From an uncultured Gammaproteobacteria bacterium (lineage in GTDB: Bacteria; Patescibacteriota; Microgenomatia; Levybacterales; UBA12049): DNA of 64,000 nucleotides. Position numbers and translations under genes: made by a program. The notes beneath the pieces are model-generated. The model ran no database searches. It was not told where the DNA came from and saw only the letters and a list, made by a program, of their open reading frames with translations. Location: positions 1,057,887 through 1,121,886 of the forward strand of contig OZ246394.1 in assembly GCA_965230895.1 (NCBI GenBank), in the 5' to 3' direction. This document shows, piece after piece, positions 18,152-28,180 of the stretch (within the stretch, counting starts at the first letter, position 1; every line of letters starts with the position of its first letter).

Positions 18152-19883
18152 ATTTCTTATAGACTTGCAAAACACCAGCATTCAAAGGCTCCACTACCGT
18201 TTCAGCTGAATCGTTATCATTTGTCATGGCTCGGACAGCAGTACCCAAGTACGTATTCAACATTGTATTCAAGCCTGCTTCACCATCATGCGTATCGCTT
18301 GCAAACATTGATGATGATGCATCATCAAGCTGACTTAGAAATGGATAGACAAGAGGTTCTTCCCGTAAGTTTTCCCGCAAATCCTTTCTTGCATATGGTT
18401 CTCCAAAAGCTCGAGTCTTTGCTGCTTCTGCATAAAACTTCTCCGCAGTTTCTTTCTCTGCAAGATATTTCATGAACTCCAATGCAGCTTTTTGGTTTTT
18501 GCTTTTGGATGATACTCCTTCAACCCAATAACTCGCAACCGTTGTTTTTTTACCATATAGCTCTGGTACAGGGTAGATTTTAAATTGTAGGTCTTTATTG
18601 AGCCGCTGAATTGCAAAGACATCCCACGAATATCCGAAATAAATTGCCAATTTCCCTCTACTAAACGCGAGTAGAGAATTATCTAAAGTTCCATCCCATA
18701 CATTTTCATTACCGGTTGCAAAAGATGTGTAAAACTCGAGAGCATCAGCTTGACTCTTTGCAGAAGTAGTAAACTCCTCCATCTTCACTCCTTGCTGGAT
18801 AAACAGTAATGAGATAATGTCTGGCGCATGATTAATATTGTCATACGTACCGAGTGCAGCACCTGCTGTCTGGATCTTGCCTGTTGAATCCTTTATAGTG
18901 AGTTGTTTTGAAACTTTTACAAAATCGTCCCAGTTTGAAGGCACTTGAACGCCAGCATCTTCAAAAAGTTTTGGATTTACAAACATCGCTAGTGAATCTG
19001 CATTGAGCGGGATACCATAAATAGCTCCATTCGATACAAGATCTTTTTGCATAACTGGATAGTATCTTTCTTTAAATTGATCAGGCGTTATAACATCCGA
19101 AGATAACGGAAGAAGGACGTCTCCAAGCATCGGTCGCCATGTATTATGGTAGCGGAAGATATCCGGACCAGAACCATTATCGACACGCGCCAAGAGTCTG
19201 TCGCGATATTCTTGGGGAGTACGCTTCTGATATTCCACATCAATATTGGGATGATCTTTCTCGAAGTCAGCTATAAGTGCCTGCATCGCATTTCCTTCCT
19301 CCCACAACCCCCACCACTGTAATTTAACTTGCTGCGTAGTCTGTCCCTTCGGCATTAAAAAGAAAATGAGTAGCCCCAGAACCAAAAGCGCACCAACGCC
19401 TATTAGTATTTTTTTAAGCAAGCCTCCCCCAAGAAAACCCGCTGGTGGCGGTGGTGGTGCAGCCCCTGCTTCCGTTTGAGCATTTGGATCAATAGGCTGG
19501 CCTGTGGTTGGATCTATGGCGTTAGGGTCAATTGGTTGTCCAGTTGCAGGATCGATAGCGGGAGTTGCATTCGGGTCAACTGTAGAAGGATCAACAGGTT
19601 GGCCTGTGGCTGGATCTATGCTTTGATCTGTAAGCGGCGGGACTGCATTGGGATCGGTTGCTGCTGGGTCCGCTGGAACAGCATTCGGATCAATAGCGGG
19701 ATCTGTTAAGGTAGTATCCGTGACAGGCTGATTAGGATCAACTGCTGTTGGATCAGTCGTTGATGGATCTGCTTGAGAAACTCCATTTGGATCTGCCCCT
19801 GGGGCATTTGGGTCAGCAGGAGGAGGATCACTTGCAGGTGTTCCATCAGGATTGGTTTTATTGAAGACAACATTTTCGTCCAT
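18123..19883 (-). CDS. Membrane-anchored sugar ABC-type solute-binding protein with Asp/Pro-rich N-terminal extension
   Basis: TM helix then LQWWGLWE, GPDIFRYHNTW, IYGIPL, PSNWDDF (SBP family 1-like). Confidence 0.85.
   Translation of the reverse strand: MDENVVFNKTNPDGTPASDPPPADPNAPGADPNGVSQADPSTTDPTAVDPNQPVTDTTLTDPAIDPNAVPADPAATDPNAVPPLTDQSIDPATGQPVDPSTVDPNATPAIDPATGQPIDPNAIDPTTGQPIDPNAQTEAGAAPPPPPAGFLGGGLLKKILIGVGALLVLGLLIFFLMPKGQTTQQVKLQWWGLWEEGNAMQALIADFEKDHPNIDVEYQKRTPQEYRDRLLARVDNGSGPDIFRYHNTWRPMLGDVLLPLSSDVITPDQFKERYYPVMQKDLVSNGAIYGIPLNADSLAMFVNPKLFEDAGVQVPSNWDDFVKVSKQLTIKDSTGKIQTAGAALGTYDNINHAPDIISLLFIQQGVKMEEFTTSAKSQADALEFYTSFATGNENVWDGTLDNSLLAFSRGKLAIYFGYSWDVFAIQRLNKDLQFKIYPVPELYGKKTTVASYWVEGVSSKSKNQKAALEFMKYLAEKETAEKFYAEAAKTRAFGEPYARKDLRENLREEPLVYPFLSQLDDASSSMFASDTHDGEAGLNTMLNTYLGTAVRAMTNDNDSAETVVEPLNAGVLQVYKKYAISEKKKK
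19440..19860 (-). repeat. Low-complexity DP-rich peptide repeats (e.g. IDPATGQPVDP, IDPATGQPIDP, IDPTTGQPIDP)
   Basis: Directly visible in the translation of the SBP N-terminus; boundaries approximate. Confidence 0.85.
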
Positions 19884-19922
19884 AGCGAGGCCTATTTATA
19901 GTATAATACGTATATACGGACT

Positions 19923-21377
19923 ATGGCAATCTTATCTCAAATCAATCAGCTTGTAAAACAATGGAGAAAGTCATTACCGAAAAAATCGGTAGTAAAACGT
20001 ATTGGAAAAAGTATCTTTTGGTTTACTTTAGGCGGCATCCTCGGTCTATTCTTCTTTATTAGCTTTGTTTATATTCTCTACCAAAATGCCCATAAGGATC
20101 AGGTTTATGATGGTGTTTTGGTCAATGGGATAGATTTTGGTGGTAAATCCGAACAGGAAGTGAAAGCCTATTTCCTCGAAAAAAATAAAAAAATTCAGGA
20201 TACAACTTTTACACTTACCTCTCCGCAAGCAACCGCAACAATATCAGCAGCAGAACTTCAGTTTGGATATGATGCTGATTTACTGGCAATGCAGGCAATG
20301 AGTATCGGAAGATCAGATGATCTCCTTTCAAATATGAGCCTTATTCTCCAAGCCTATGTCCAAAATGTACAACTTGCACCCGCTTATAAGTATTCAGAGC
20401 AAAATCTAGATGCAACCTTCGCGACATTGAAAGAAAAGGTAGACATAAAGCCTGTTGATCCACTCTTTAATTTTGAAAACAACAGAGTAGTATCTTTTAG
20501 ACTGGGCAGTGATGGAAAGGCTGTTGATGAAGATACCTTGGCAGAAGTCATTTTGTCGCAATCAAGATCAGCTTTACTCAGTGAGAAACCACAAACAGTC
20601 ACTATAGCTGTCCCGATCAGGTCTGTCCCATCCGCAGTTGCGGAGGACAGAGCAAAAGATCTGGGTATTAAAGAAAAAGTTGGAGAAGGTACTTCACGAT
20701 TTATTGGCTCGATTGAAAATCGTATCTTCAACATCAGTCTTGCTGCAACTCGATTAAACGGTACTATTATAAAGCCTGGTGAAGTATTCTCATTTAATAA
20801 AGCTGTTGGTGATATCTCTGTATTTAACGGTTACAGGCAAGCATATGTTATTAGTGGGGGCAAAACTGTCCTTGGAGACGGCGGTGGTGTCTGCCAGGTT
20901 TCAACGACGTTGTTCCGAGCAGCACTTGATGCTGGATTACCAATTGTTGAGAGAAACCCGCATGCATATCGCGTTAGTTACTATGAAGCAGAATCGGGGC
21001 CAGGAATTGATGCTGCAATCTATACACCAAATGTTGATTTGAAATTCAAGAATGATACTCCGAAGTCATTGTTGATACAAACATATATTGATCTGGAAAC
21101 ACAACGGCTTACATTCGCATTATACGGAACACCTGACGATCGAGAAGTTTCTATTTCAAAGCCAGTGGTAGTTTCGGAAAGTCCTGCACCAGAACCTGCA
21201 TACCAGGATGATCCAAATCTACCAAAGGGAGAGGTAAAACAAGTTGATTTTGCTGCACCTGGAGCAAATGTATACTTCACAAGAACTGTTACTAAAGATG
21301 GCGAAACAAAAACTGATAAATTTGCTTCAAACTATAGACCATGGCAAGCAGTCTATCTACGTGGAACGAAGGAATAG
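19923..21377 (+). CDS. VanW family protein with peptidoglycan-binding (PG_binding_4-like) domain
   Basis: NRIFNISLA, PGEVFSFN, GGGVCQVSTTLF, ERNPH, DLKFKND; N-terminal TM. Confidence 0.92.
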   Translation: MAILSQINQLVKQWRKSLPKKSVVKRIGKSIFWFTLGGILGLFFFISFVYILYQNAHKDQVYDGVLVNGIDFGGKSEQEVKAYFLEKNKKIQDTTFTLTSPQATATISAAELQFGYDADLLAMQAMSIGRSDDLLSNMSLILQAYVQNVQLAPAYKYSEQNLDATFATLKEKVDIKPVDPLFNFENNRVVSFRLGSDGKAVDEDTLAEVILSQSRSALLSEKPQTVTIAVPIRSVPSAVAEDRAKDLGIKEKVGEGTSRFIGSIENRIFNISLAATRLNGTIIKPGEVFSFNKAVGDISVFNGYRQAYVISGGKTVLGDGGGVCQVSTTLFRAALDAGLPIVERNPHAYRVSYYEAESGPGIDAAIYTPNVDLKFKNDTPKSLLIQTYIDLETQRLTFALYGTPDDREVSISKPVVVSESPAPEPAYQDDPNLPKGEVKQVDFAAPGANVYFTRTVTKDGETKTDKFASNYRPWQAVYLRGTKE

Positions 21378-21379
21378 AA

Positions 21380-21862
21380 ATGAATAAAATCTTCAAGGCA
21401 GAACAATTGAAACAAGATGCACATCTTATCAGCGGAACAAATAAAAAACTTGTGCTCGCAGGTGGATGTTTTGACATCTTACATGTAGGTCATATCGCTT
21501 TCTTAGAAAAAGCAAAAGAGCAAGGAGATCTTTTGTGTATCCTGTTGGAATCAGATGAAAGTATCAGGAAATCTAAAGGTGAGAAGCGTCCGGTGAATAC
21601 GCAAAAGGATCGAGCAAAACTCCTTTCCGCACTTGAAATGGTCGATACTATTATAGAATTGGAGCCAAATATGTCTAACGCTGATTACGACGCTCTGGTA
21701 TTTGCTTTAAAACCTGCTATAATCGCAACAACGAAAGGCGATAAAAATAGAATACATAAAGAGCGCCAAGCAAACAATATAAACGCACAAGTCATTGATG
21801 TTGTAGACAATGTTGAGAACCAGTCAACAACCCATGTATTCAAAATACTACAAGAACTATGA
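21380..21862 (+). CDS. Cytidylyltransferase-like protein (RfaE domain II/TagD-like)
   Basis: GGCFDILHVGH, SDESIRKSKG..RP, STT; likely start ATG 21380. Confidence 0.88.
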   Translation: MNKIFKAEQLKQDAHLISGTNKKLVLAGGCFDILHVGHIAFLEKAKEQGDLLCILLESDESIRKSKGEKRPVNTQKDRAKLLSALEMVDTIIELEPNMSNADYDALVFALKPAIIATTKGDKNRIHKERQANNINAQVIDVVDNVENQSTTHVFKILQEL

Positions 21863-22338
21863 GTTTAAGTAAAATAATTATTATCTTTGTTGTTATATTA
21901 TTGGTGTTTGGAGGAGTACTTTTTTACCAATTTAGTCAGGCAAGTATCCCAACTTCAAAAGCAACATTTGGCGAACGCACATTTTTAATCTCGGTCGCAA
22001 GGACACCGGAAGAGATGCAAAAAGGACTTTCCGGAAGAAATTCTTTACCAAAAGATCAAGGTATGATTTTTGTTTTTGAACAACCAGGTGATCCTGCATT
22101 TTGGATGAAAGATATGAAGTTCCCACTTGATATGGTGTTTATTAATAATGATAAAATCGTTTCAATTGCAAAGAATGCAAAACCAGCCGAAGCAAATGAT
22201 GAGAACCCACCACTCTATACAGCAGGACAACAGGTTGATAAGGTTTTAGAGATCAATGGTGGATTAGCGGACGAGTATAAACTAAAAGTTGGAGATACAG
22301 TAAAGCTTGAACTAAAAGAGTCGACCACGAAGAAGTAA
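21859..22338 (+). CDS. DUF192 domain protein
   Basis: GLSGR, GMIFVF, FWMKDMKFPLDMVF, VLEINGG. Confidence 0.92.
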   Translation: MSLSKIIIIFVVILLVFGGVLFYQFSQASIPTSKATFGERTFLISVARTPEEMQKGLSGRNSLPKDQGMIFVFEQPGDPAFWMKDMKFPLDMVFINNDKIVSIAKNAKPAEANDENPPLYTAGQQVDKVLEINGGLADEYKLKVGDTVKLELKESTTKK

Positions 22339-22980
22339 GTACATTATTAAATAGTGTATAGGATAAATGAGATAGAAAAGAAACTGCACTTTAACCCCCT
22401 CTTTATTATTGTAGAAATGAATGAAAATAAGTGATAACAATCCTGTCAGTTGTACGATACCAAGCGTATTTCCTTGAGACAAAAAATACAAAGACATCAA
22501 GAAATATATCCAAATTTGCGAAATGATCAGTGCGTGTTTCTTTTTGAAGTACACATAAAACGCAACAATTGACAGGACACCAAATCCAAGATAATCAGTT
22601 TGCAACGAGGTAGCAAGCGCGGCAGCAACTGCGGTTATGAGCACCCAATGAATTTTCATTGACGTCTTTTTAATGAAAATTATTGCACCCAATCCAATAC
22701 TCAAAGTAAAGAATATATTTAATGCAGTAGTATGAGGATCAATCATTCTATTGAGGAGCATGTATGGGTACTGAGACAGAATCGCAAGCAACAAAAGACG
22801 GATGAAATATTTATTTATACTTTTTGTGTGATAGGCGCCATTTGCGATTAACCATGCAAACAATGGGAATGATAATCTTCCTATTGCCCGAAGCAGAAAA
22901 CTTTCAGGGAAAAAGAATAAACCAATATGATCAATCAGCATTGTTATGACTGCAATTAGTTTTATATGAAATACATTCAT
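22312..22980 (-). CDS. TraX-family membrane protein (putative acetyltransferase)
   Basis: KLIAVITMLIDH, IGRLSFPLF, NIFFTL, FYLIYPIH. Confidence 0.88.
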   Translation of the reverse strand: MNVFHIKLIAVITMLIDHIGLFFFPESFLLRAIGRLSFPLFAWLIANGAYHTKSINKYFIRLLLLAILSQYPYMLLNRMIDPHTTALNIFFTLSIGLGAIIFIKKTSMKIHWVLITAVAAALATSLQTDYLGFGVLSIVAFYVYFKKKHALIISQIWIYFLMSLYFLSQGNTLGIVQLTGLLSLIFIHFYNNKEGVKVQFLFYLIYPIHYLIMYLLLRGRLF

Positions 22981-23033
22981 CGCTTCTTTTATTATAGAGC
23001 TTTCCGTGACAAATGATATAATGAGGTCGCATT

Positions 23034-24044
23034 ATGAAAATACTCGGAATTGAAACATCATGTGATGAAACTTCAGCTGCAGTACTCGAAGGTGAAGGAA
23101 ATAAACTACAACTGAAATCAAACGTTGTTGCGTCCTCACTTGCAATGCATATTCCCACAGGAGGAATAATCCCTGAAAATGCAGCACGGGAACAATTAAA
23201 ATTTATACTTCCAGTTATCAACCAAGCTATTGAAGAAGCTGAAACAGATCTAAAATCCATTAATGCAATTGCTGTAACCTATGGTCCTGGGCTTATTGGA
23301 TCACTCCTTGTAGGCGTTGAGACAGCAAAAACAATTGCTTATGTTTTGGATAAACCACTTATTCCGATTAATCATATGGTCGGACATATCTATGCAAACT
23401 TTATCAATCAAGAAAGTATTACTTTTCCTTTACTCGCTCTTGTTGTTTCGGGTGGACATACAGATCTTTTACTTATGAAAGAGCATGGACATTTTCAGTT
23501 ACTTGGTGGTACAAGAGATGACGCTGCAGGTGAAGCTCTAGATAAGATAGGCAGACTCATTGATGTAGCATACCCAGCTGGACCCGTCATTGAAAAGCTT
23601 GCAAAGGAAGGTGATCCGAAAAGATTCCGTTTTCCACGCCCGCTTGTAGGTTCACCCGATTTTGATTTTTCTTTCTCAGGTCTTAAAACTGCAGTACTTC
23701 GTGAAGTTAAAGCATTGGATAGCATTGACGAGCAAACAAGAAAAGATATTTCGAGGGGCACACTTGATGCGATTATCGATATCCTAATTAAGAAAACATT
23801 GAAAGCAGCGCAACAGCATAATGTGAAGACAATTATCCTTTCAGGTGGAGTTGCAGCCAATCAAACACTGAGCAACGCATTTAAAGATGAGCTAGAAAAG
23901 AGACGGCTTGGAATCAACTTTTTTGTTCCTCCAAGAAGCCTTTGTACAGATAATGCAGCAATGATTGCAGCAGCTGGATACTTTAACCCAAAGAGTAAAC
24001 CCTTGAACGATATTACTGCAAATCCCGAGCTTTATTTTGACTAA
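23034..24044 (+). CDS. tsaD: tRNA N6-threonylcarbamoyladenosine transferase
   Basis: ILGIETSCDET, GPGL, HMVGH, VSGGHT, DDAAGE, FSFSGLKT, CTDNAAMI. Confidence 0.98.
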   Translation: MKILGIETSCDETSAAVLEGEGNKLQLKSNVVASSLAMHIPTGGIIPENAAREQLKFILPVINQAIEEAETDLKSINAIAVTYGPGLIGSLLVGVETAKTIAYVLDKPLIPINHMVGHIYANFINQESITFPLLALVVSGGHTDLLLMKEHGHFQLLGGTRDDAAGEALDKIGRLIDVAYPAGPVIEKLAKEGDPKRFRFPRPLVGSPDFDFSFSGLKTAVLREVKALDSIDEQTRKDISRGTLDAIIDILIKKTLKAAQQHNVKTIILSGGVAANQTLSNAFKDELEKRRLGINFFVPPRSLCTDNAAMIAAAGYFNPKSKPLNDITANPELYFD

Positions 24045-24633
24045 TATGTATCCAACATACGAACAGATTGAACAACTTCATAGAAAATATGCTCTTTCAG
24101 AAGAGCTTTTTGAACTTGTCTTTACACACTGCAAAATTGTATCGGAAATCGCAGAAGAGCTAATACAAAAAAAGGGGTTGGACGCAAATAAGGATCTCGT
24201 AAAAACAAGTGCGCTTCTTCATGATATCGGTACTTACAAGTTCATGGATGAATTTACTAGGACCGGTACCTCAAAATATTATCAACATGGACTTGAAGGA
24301 TATAACATTCTTAAGCAAGAAGGTTTACCAGAAGAAATTTGTCTCGTTGTACTCCATCATATGCGATTGGGTCTAACGAAAGAAGCTATACAACACGAGC
24401 AGCTAGATCTTCCTGTAGAAGATTATTCTCCGACAACAATCGAAGAGCAATTAGTCATGTTTGCAGATAAATTTCATTCGAAGAAGCCTCAATTCAATTC
24501 GTACGAGGGATACAAAAACTTTATCAGCCAATTTGGAGAGGCACAAGTAAATACGTTTGTGACTTTAGCTGAAAAATTTGGTACACCTGATATAGCAAAG
24601 CTTGGAGAAAAATATCATCATCCTATCAAGTAA
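24037..24633 (+). CDS. HD (HDIG) domain phosphohydrolase
   Basis: FTHC...LLHDIG...HG...HH...ADK. Confidence 0.88.
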   Translation: MTNMYPTYEQIEQLHRKYALSEELFELVFTHCKIVSEIAEELIQKKGLDANKDLVKTSALLHDIGTYKFMDEFTRTGTSKYYQHGLEGYNILKQEGLPEEICLVVLHHMRLGLTKEAIQHEQLDLPVEDYSPTTIEEQLVMFADKFHSKKPQFNSYEGYKNFISQFGEAQVNTFVTLAEKFGTPDIAKLGEKYHHPIK

Positions 24634-24685
24634 CTTCTATAACAAAATACATCTAGTAATATCAAACTAGTCTGTTATACTAGAG

Positions 24686-25333
24686 ATGAAAGTACACATG
24701 ATGAAAATCCTGTCCTTGATCCTCACAAGCTTTATGCTCATACTCCTTGCATTCCCCGCGACAGCATCCGCACAAGAAAAGCGTAACTATTCGAACCATA
24801 TATTTATCTTGCAGCAATTTCTTTTATCACATTCTACAACTGAGTTATACAACAATAAGGTACTTGGTTTAAAAACAAAAGAAAAACCAACAAGTTTAAG
24901 AACAGAGCCCTCTCCTTCAGCTAAGAGATCTTCTGAGAAACCTACAACATCAAAACCTACAGTCCAAGATGAGCCATCTTCTTCCGAGCCAATGACTTAT
25001 ATCATGCAAGGTATCAATGCATATCGTGCTTCGCAAGGTCTTGGAGCAGTACGAACAAGTACAGAGACATGCGCCTTTGCATCGATACGGGCACAAGAAA
25101 TCAATGGGAGTTTTTCTCATGATGGATTCCAAAGTAGAGCTGACAGTAAAACACTTCCTTATAGTTCCTGGTCGGGTATAACAGAGAATATCGCTATGAC
25201 GTCGGACTATAAAAGTGTCGTGGACATGTGGGCAAATTCTCCTGGACATGCAGCAAATATGCGAGCAAATACTCCATATGTTTGTGTCCGACAAAATGGA
25301 AATTATTTCGCATACGAAGGGATGAAACCTTAG
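24686..25333 (+). CDS. Secreted CAP/SCP-domain protein
   Basis: Signal peptide, S/T/P linker, INAYRASQGL, FSH, ENIA, WANSPGHAAN. Confidence 0.88.
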   Translation: MKVHMMKILSLILTSFMLILLAFPATASAQEKRNYSNHIFILQQFLLSHSTTELYNNKVLGLKTKEKPTSLRTEPSPSAKRSSEKPTTSKPTVQDEPSSSEPMTYIMQGINAYRASQGLGAVRTSTETCAFASIRAQEINGSFSHDGFQSRADSKTLPYSSWSGITENIAMTSDYKSVVDMWANSPGHAANMRANTPYVCVRQNGNYFAYEGMKP

Positions 25334-25370
25334 CTTCCTTTTTGCAGAGCCACCTTGTATAATCGGCTGT

Positions 25371-26351
25371 ATGGCTCCTCTAATCATCGACGATAGAATC
25401 TATGGCAAGATTACAATAACTGATTCATTAATTGTCGATCTCATCAACTCAAAACCTTTCCAACGGTTAAAGAAAATTAATCAGAATGGCGCAGGGAATT
25501 ACATCCAAACATTTAGAAATGTTACACGGTATGAACATTGCATAGGCACTTGGTATTTATCTGCCAAATTTAATCGTCCAATTGAAGAACAAGTTGCTTC
25601 TCTATTACATGATCTCCCACACACCGCATTTTCTCATGTTATTGATTATGTTGTAGAAGATAAGAAGTACGAATACCATGATCATTTCTTGAAAAAGATT
25701 ATTATGAATTCAGAAATCCCTCAAATCCTTGCAAAACATAATATATCGCTTGAGAAAGTTTTAGCAAAGGACAGCTTCCCATTATTAAATAATGATTTAC
25801 CTGATATCTCTGTTGACCGGTGGGACTATTTTATGAGAGACGGACATTCATGCAATCTTCTCCCCCAGCAGACAATAAACTTTTTCCTTGAGCATGTAAA
25901 AGAACAGAATGAAAAGTTTTATTTTGAAGATCCCAAAATTGCGAGCTTGTTTGCAATTATGTTTATGAATTGTGCGAGATTAATTTGGCTCGATCCAACA
26001 TCAGTTGGCGCATTTTTCTTGCTTTCAGATGCAATCAAGATTGGATTAGAAAAAGATTATATTTCAAAAGAAGATTTTTTTACAACAGATGATGTGCTTA
26101 TGGAAAAATTAATATCAACAAACGATAACGATATCATGCATTTCTTAAATCGATTAAAACCAAACAAAGAGTTCCATTTTGCACCAAGAGAAGAAGCTGA
26201 ATTTTATGGACCAAACAAACCACGTTTTGTTGATCCTTGGGTTTTGGAGAGTGGCGAACTCGTTTTACTTTCAAGCATCATTCCTGGACTACATGAGTAT
26301 CACATGGAATTTAAAGAACGATATGCACATGAAGCAGTTTCGCAGTCATGA
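25371..26351 (+). CDS. HD-domain phosphohydrolase (dNTP triphosphohydrolase/YwfO-like)
   Basis: FQRLKKINQ, TRYEHCIG, LLHDLPHTAFSH, DRWDY. Confidence 0.85.
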   Translation: MAPLIIDDRIYGKITITDSLIVDLINSKPFQRLKKINQNGAGNYIQTFRNVTRYEHCIGTWYLSAKFNRPIEEQVASLLHDLPHTAFSHVIDYVVEDKKYEYHDHFLKKIIMNSEIPQILAKHNISLEKVLAKDSFPLLNNDLPDISVDRWDYFMRDGHSCNLLPQQTINFFLEHVKEQNEKFYFEDPKIASLFAIMFMNCARLIWLDPTSVGAFFLLSDAIKIGLEKDYISKEDFFTTDDVLMEKLISTNDNDIMHFLNRLKPNKEFHFAPREEAEFYGPNKPRFVDPWVLESGELVLLSSIIPGLHEYHMEFKERYAHEAVSQS

Positions 26352-26363
26352 TACAATAGCCCT

Positions 26364-27398
26364 ATGCAAGATCTGTCCATCATCCTCGCTGTTATTATCC
26401 TCGGTTTTGTGGGATTATTCTTTTTCATTAATAAAAAATTATCAGTGCAGCAAAAGCCTCAAACAGACCAAGCATTAGTCGAATGGTTGAAGACAATGCA
26501 AGCTTCTCTCGAGGTCACAAATAAAACTCTTAATGAATCAATGCAATCAAATTCTTCAACGATGGTTCGTACCCTTCAAGAAAATTCCAAACAATTAAAT
26601 GAAAGACTTGATAAAGCAGCTGAAGTTATACGAGATGTAGGTAAAGAAGTTGGTCAAATGAGTGAAATTGGTCGAAATATGCGAGAACTCCAAGACTTTC
26701 TTAAAAGTCCGAAACTACGAGGAAATATTGGTGAACAAGTGCTTAAGGATTTGATTACCCAAATTTTTCCTAAGAATAGTTTTCATTTACAATATCAATT
26801 TAAATCTGGAGAGAAGGTTGATGCTGCAATACAAACAGACGCGGGGATATTGCCAATTGATTCAAAATTTCCAATGGAGAACTTTCAAAAATTTGTTAAA
26901 GCGGAAAGTGAAGCAGAAAAAAAATCATATCAAAAAGAATTTGCACGTGATATTAAAAAACATATTGATGCAATTGCAAAGAAATATATCCTTCCTGATG
27001 AAGGAACAATGGATTTCGCATTAATGTATGTACCAAGTGAAAGCGTTTTTTACGAAATTGTAACTATGGATGATGTTGTGGATTATGCAAGAAAAAATCG
27101 AGTGTATATCGTATCTCCAAGTACACTCTATGCACATCTTCAAACAATTCTTCTCTCGTATGAAGGGAAAAAGATTGAGGAGCAATCCAGGGAAGTTCTG
27201 CGGTTATTGCGAGGTTTGCAGATTGATTATGATAAAGTAAATGATTCAATGGATGTTCTGGGAAAGCATTTAAATAACGCATCGAATCAATACGTAAACG
27301 TTAATAAAGGCTTTCTTGGGTTAGGGACAAAGCTTTCAAGTGTAAAACATCTAAGTTCTTCTGTGCAAAAAGAGATTTCTAAAGAATTAGCAGAGTAG
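26364..27398 (+). CDS. rmuC: DNA recombination protein RmuC
   Basis: N-terminal TM, coiled coil, RGNIGE, PIDSKFP, KYILP, DFALMYVPSE, VSPSTL. Confidence 0.95.
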   Translation: MQDLSIILAVIILGFVGLFFFINKKLSVQQKPQTDQALVEWLKTMQASLEVTNKTLNESMQSNSSTMVRTLQENSKQLNERLDKAAEVIRDVGKEVGQMSEIGRNMRELQDFLKSPKLRGNIGEQVLKDLITQIFPKNSFHLQYQFKSGEKVDAAIQTDAGILPIDSKFPMENFQKFVKAESEAEKKSYQKEFARDIKKHIDAIAKKYILPDEGTMDFALMYVPSESVFYEIVTMDDVVDYARKNRVYIVSPSTLYAHLQTILLSYEGKKIEEQSREVLRLLRGLQIDYDKVNDSMDVLGKHLNNASNQYVNVNKGFLGLGTKLSSVKHLSSSVQKEISKELAE

Positions 27399-27438
27399 AC
27401 TTGTATTTTAAAGCCTTTCTTTGTACACTTAAATTATT

Positions 27439-27801
27439 ATGAATTTTGCAGCACTTGCACCAAGACCAGTCTATCGATCAATGAGTCGTCCAGTAAAAGT
27501 TTCACCGAACGGAAATATGTACAAGATTGCTGTGGCTCGCAACGATGCTTCAGGTAATACGATTCAAAACCACGAGATCTGGATGACTAAAGAAGCCGTT
27601 CAAAAGCATTTTGGAGGAATGAATGAAGATCCGAAGAACTATCAATTGATGCAATTCGCAAAGCGTGTTTATGATAAGCAACTACTTACAGCAAATGGAA
27701 AACTTCCGCACAACGGAATTCTCGTCACAACTGAGGGTGTAACTCACGGAAACACAAAACTTTGGCCAAATACACTTGTTCATCCGGAAGTTAAGTATTA
27801 G
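27439..27801 (+). CDS. Hypothetical protein
   Basis: 120-aa ORF with its own -10-like box (TACACT); no recognised motif. Confidence 0.7.
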   Translation: MNFAALAPRPVYRSMSRPVKVSPNGNMYKIAVARNDASGNTIQNHEIWMTKEAVQKHFGGMNEDPKNYQLMQFAKRVYDKQLLTANGKLPHNGILVTTEGVTHGNTKLWPNTLVHPEVKY

Positions 27802-28120
27802 AATCCTCCAAAGTAAAGTGTCCCATTGGTCCATAAGCTTCGACCAAACTTCCATCTTCTAATGAAAATAATGCTCCTTTAAAACTGCTCTTCCCTTTTT
27901 TTATTGTGAATAATAGATATTCCTCTTTCGGCGATGAGGATATAGAAAAGAATCTTGTTGTGCCTCGATCGTCTGCATCATGAGACATTATTAATTGTAC
28001 ATATTGCCCTGAGATAAATTTGAAACCTTCGGGTTTGGTGAAATAAAAAGTACAAATAGTAGGATGTATAAATTCTTTCTTAATAAGTTTTAATGACATT
28101 CTCTTTGCCGAGACTTTCAT
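27791..28120 (-). pseudogene. FAD-binding domain of a ferredoxin-NADP reductase-like oxidoreductase; NAD-binding domain missing
   Basis: FISGQYV, RFFSISSSP, GPMGHF then stop; no GGIGITP-type motif follows. Confidence 0.6.
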
Positions 28121-28180
28121 AGAGCTATTATAGTTTATTTTTTATTTTGCATTCACAGTAAATATGCTAGAATGTGCACT

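Noticed and set aside
19923-21377. Vancomycin resistance locus
   Set aside because: VanW domain only; no vanHAX or vanRS neighbours
22312-22980. Conjugative element suggested by TraX
   Set aside because: No other tra, relaxase or integrase genes; it sits among housekeeping genes
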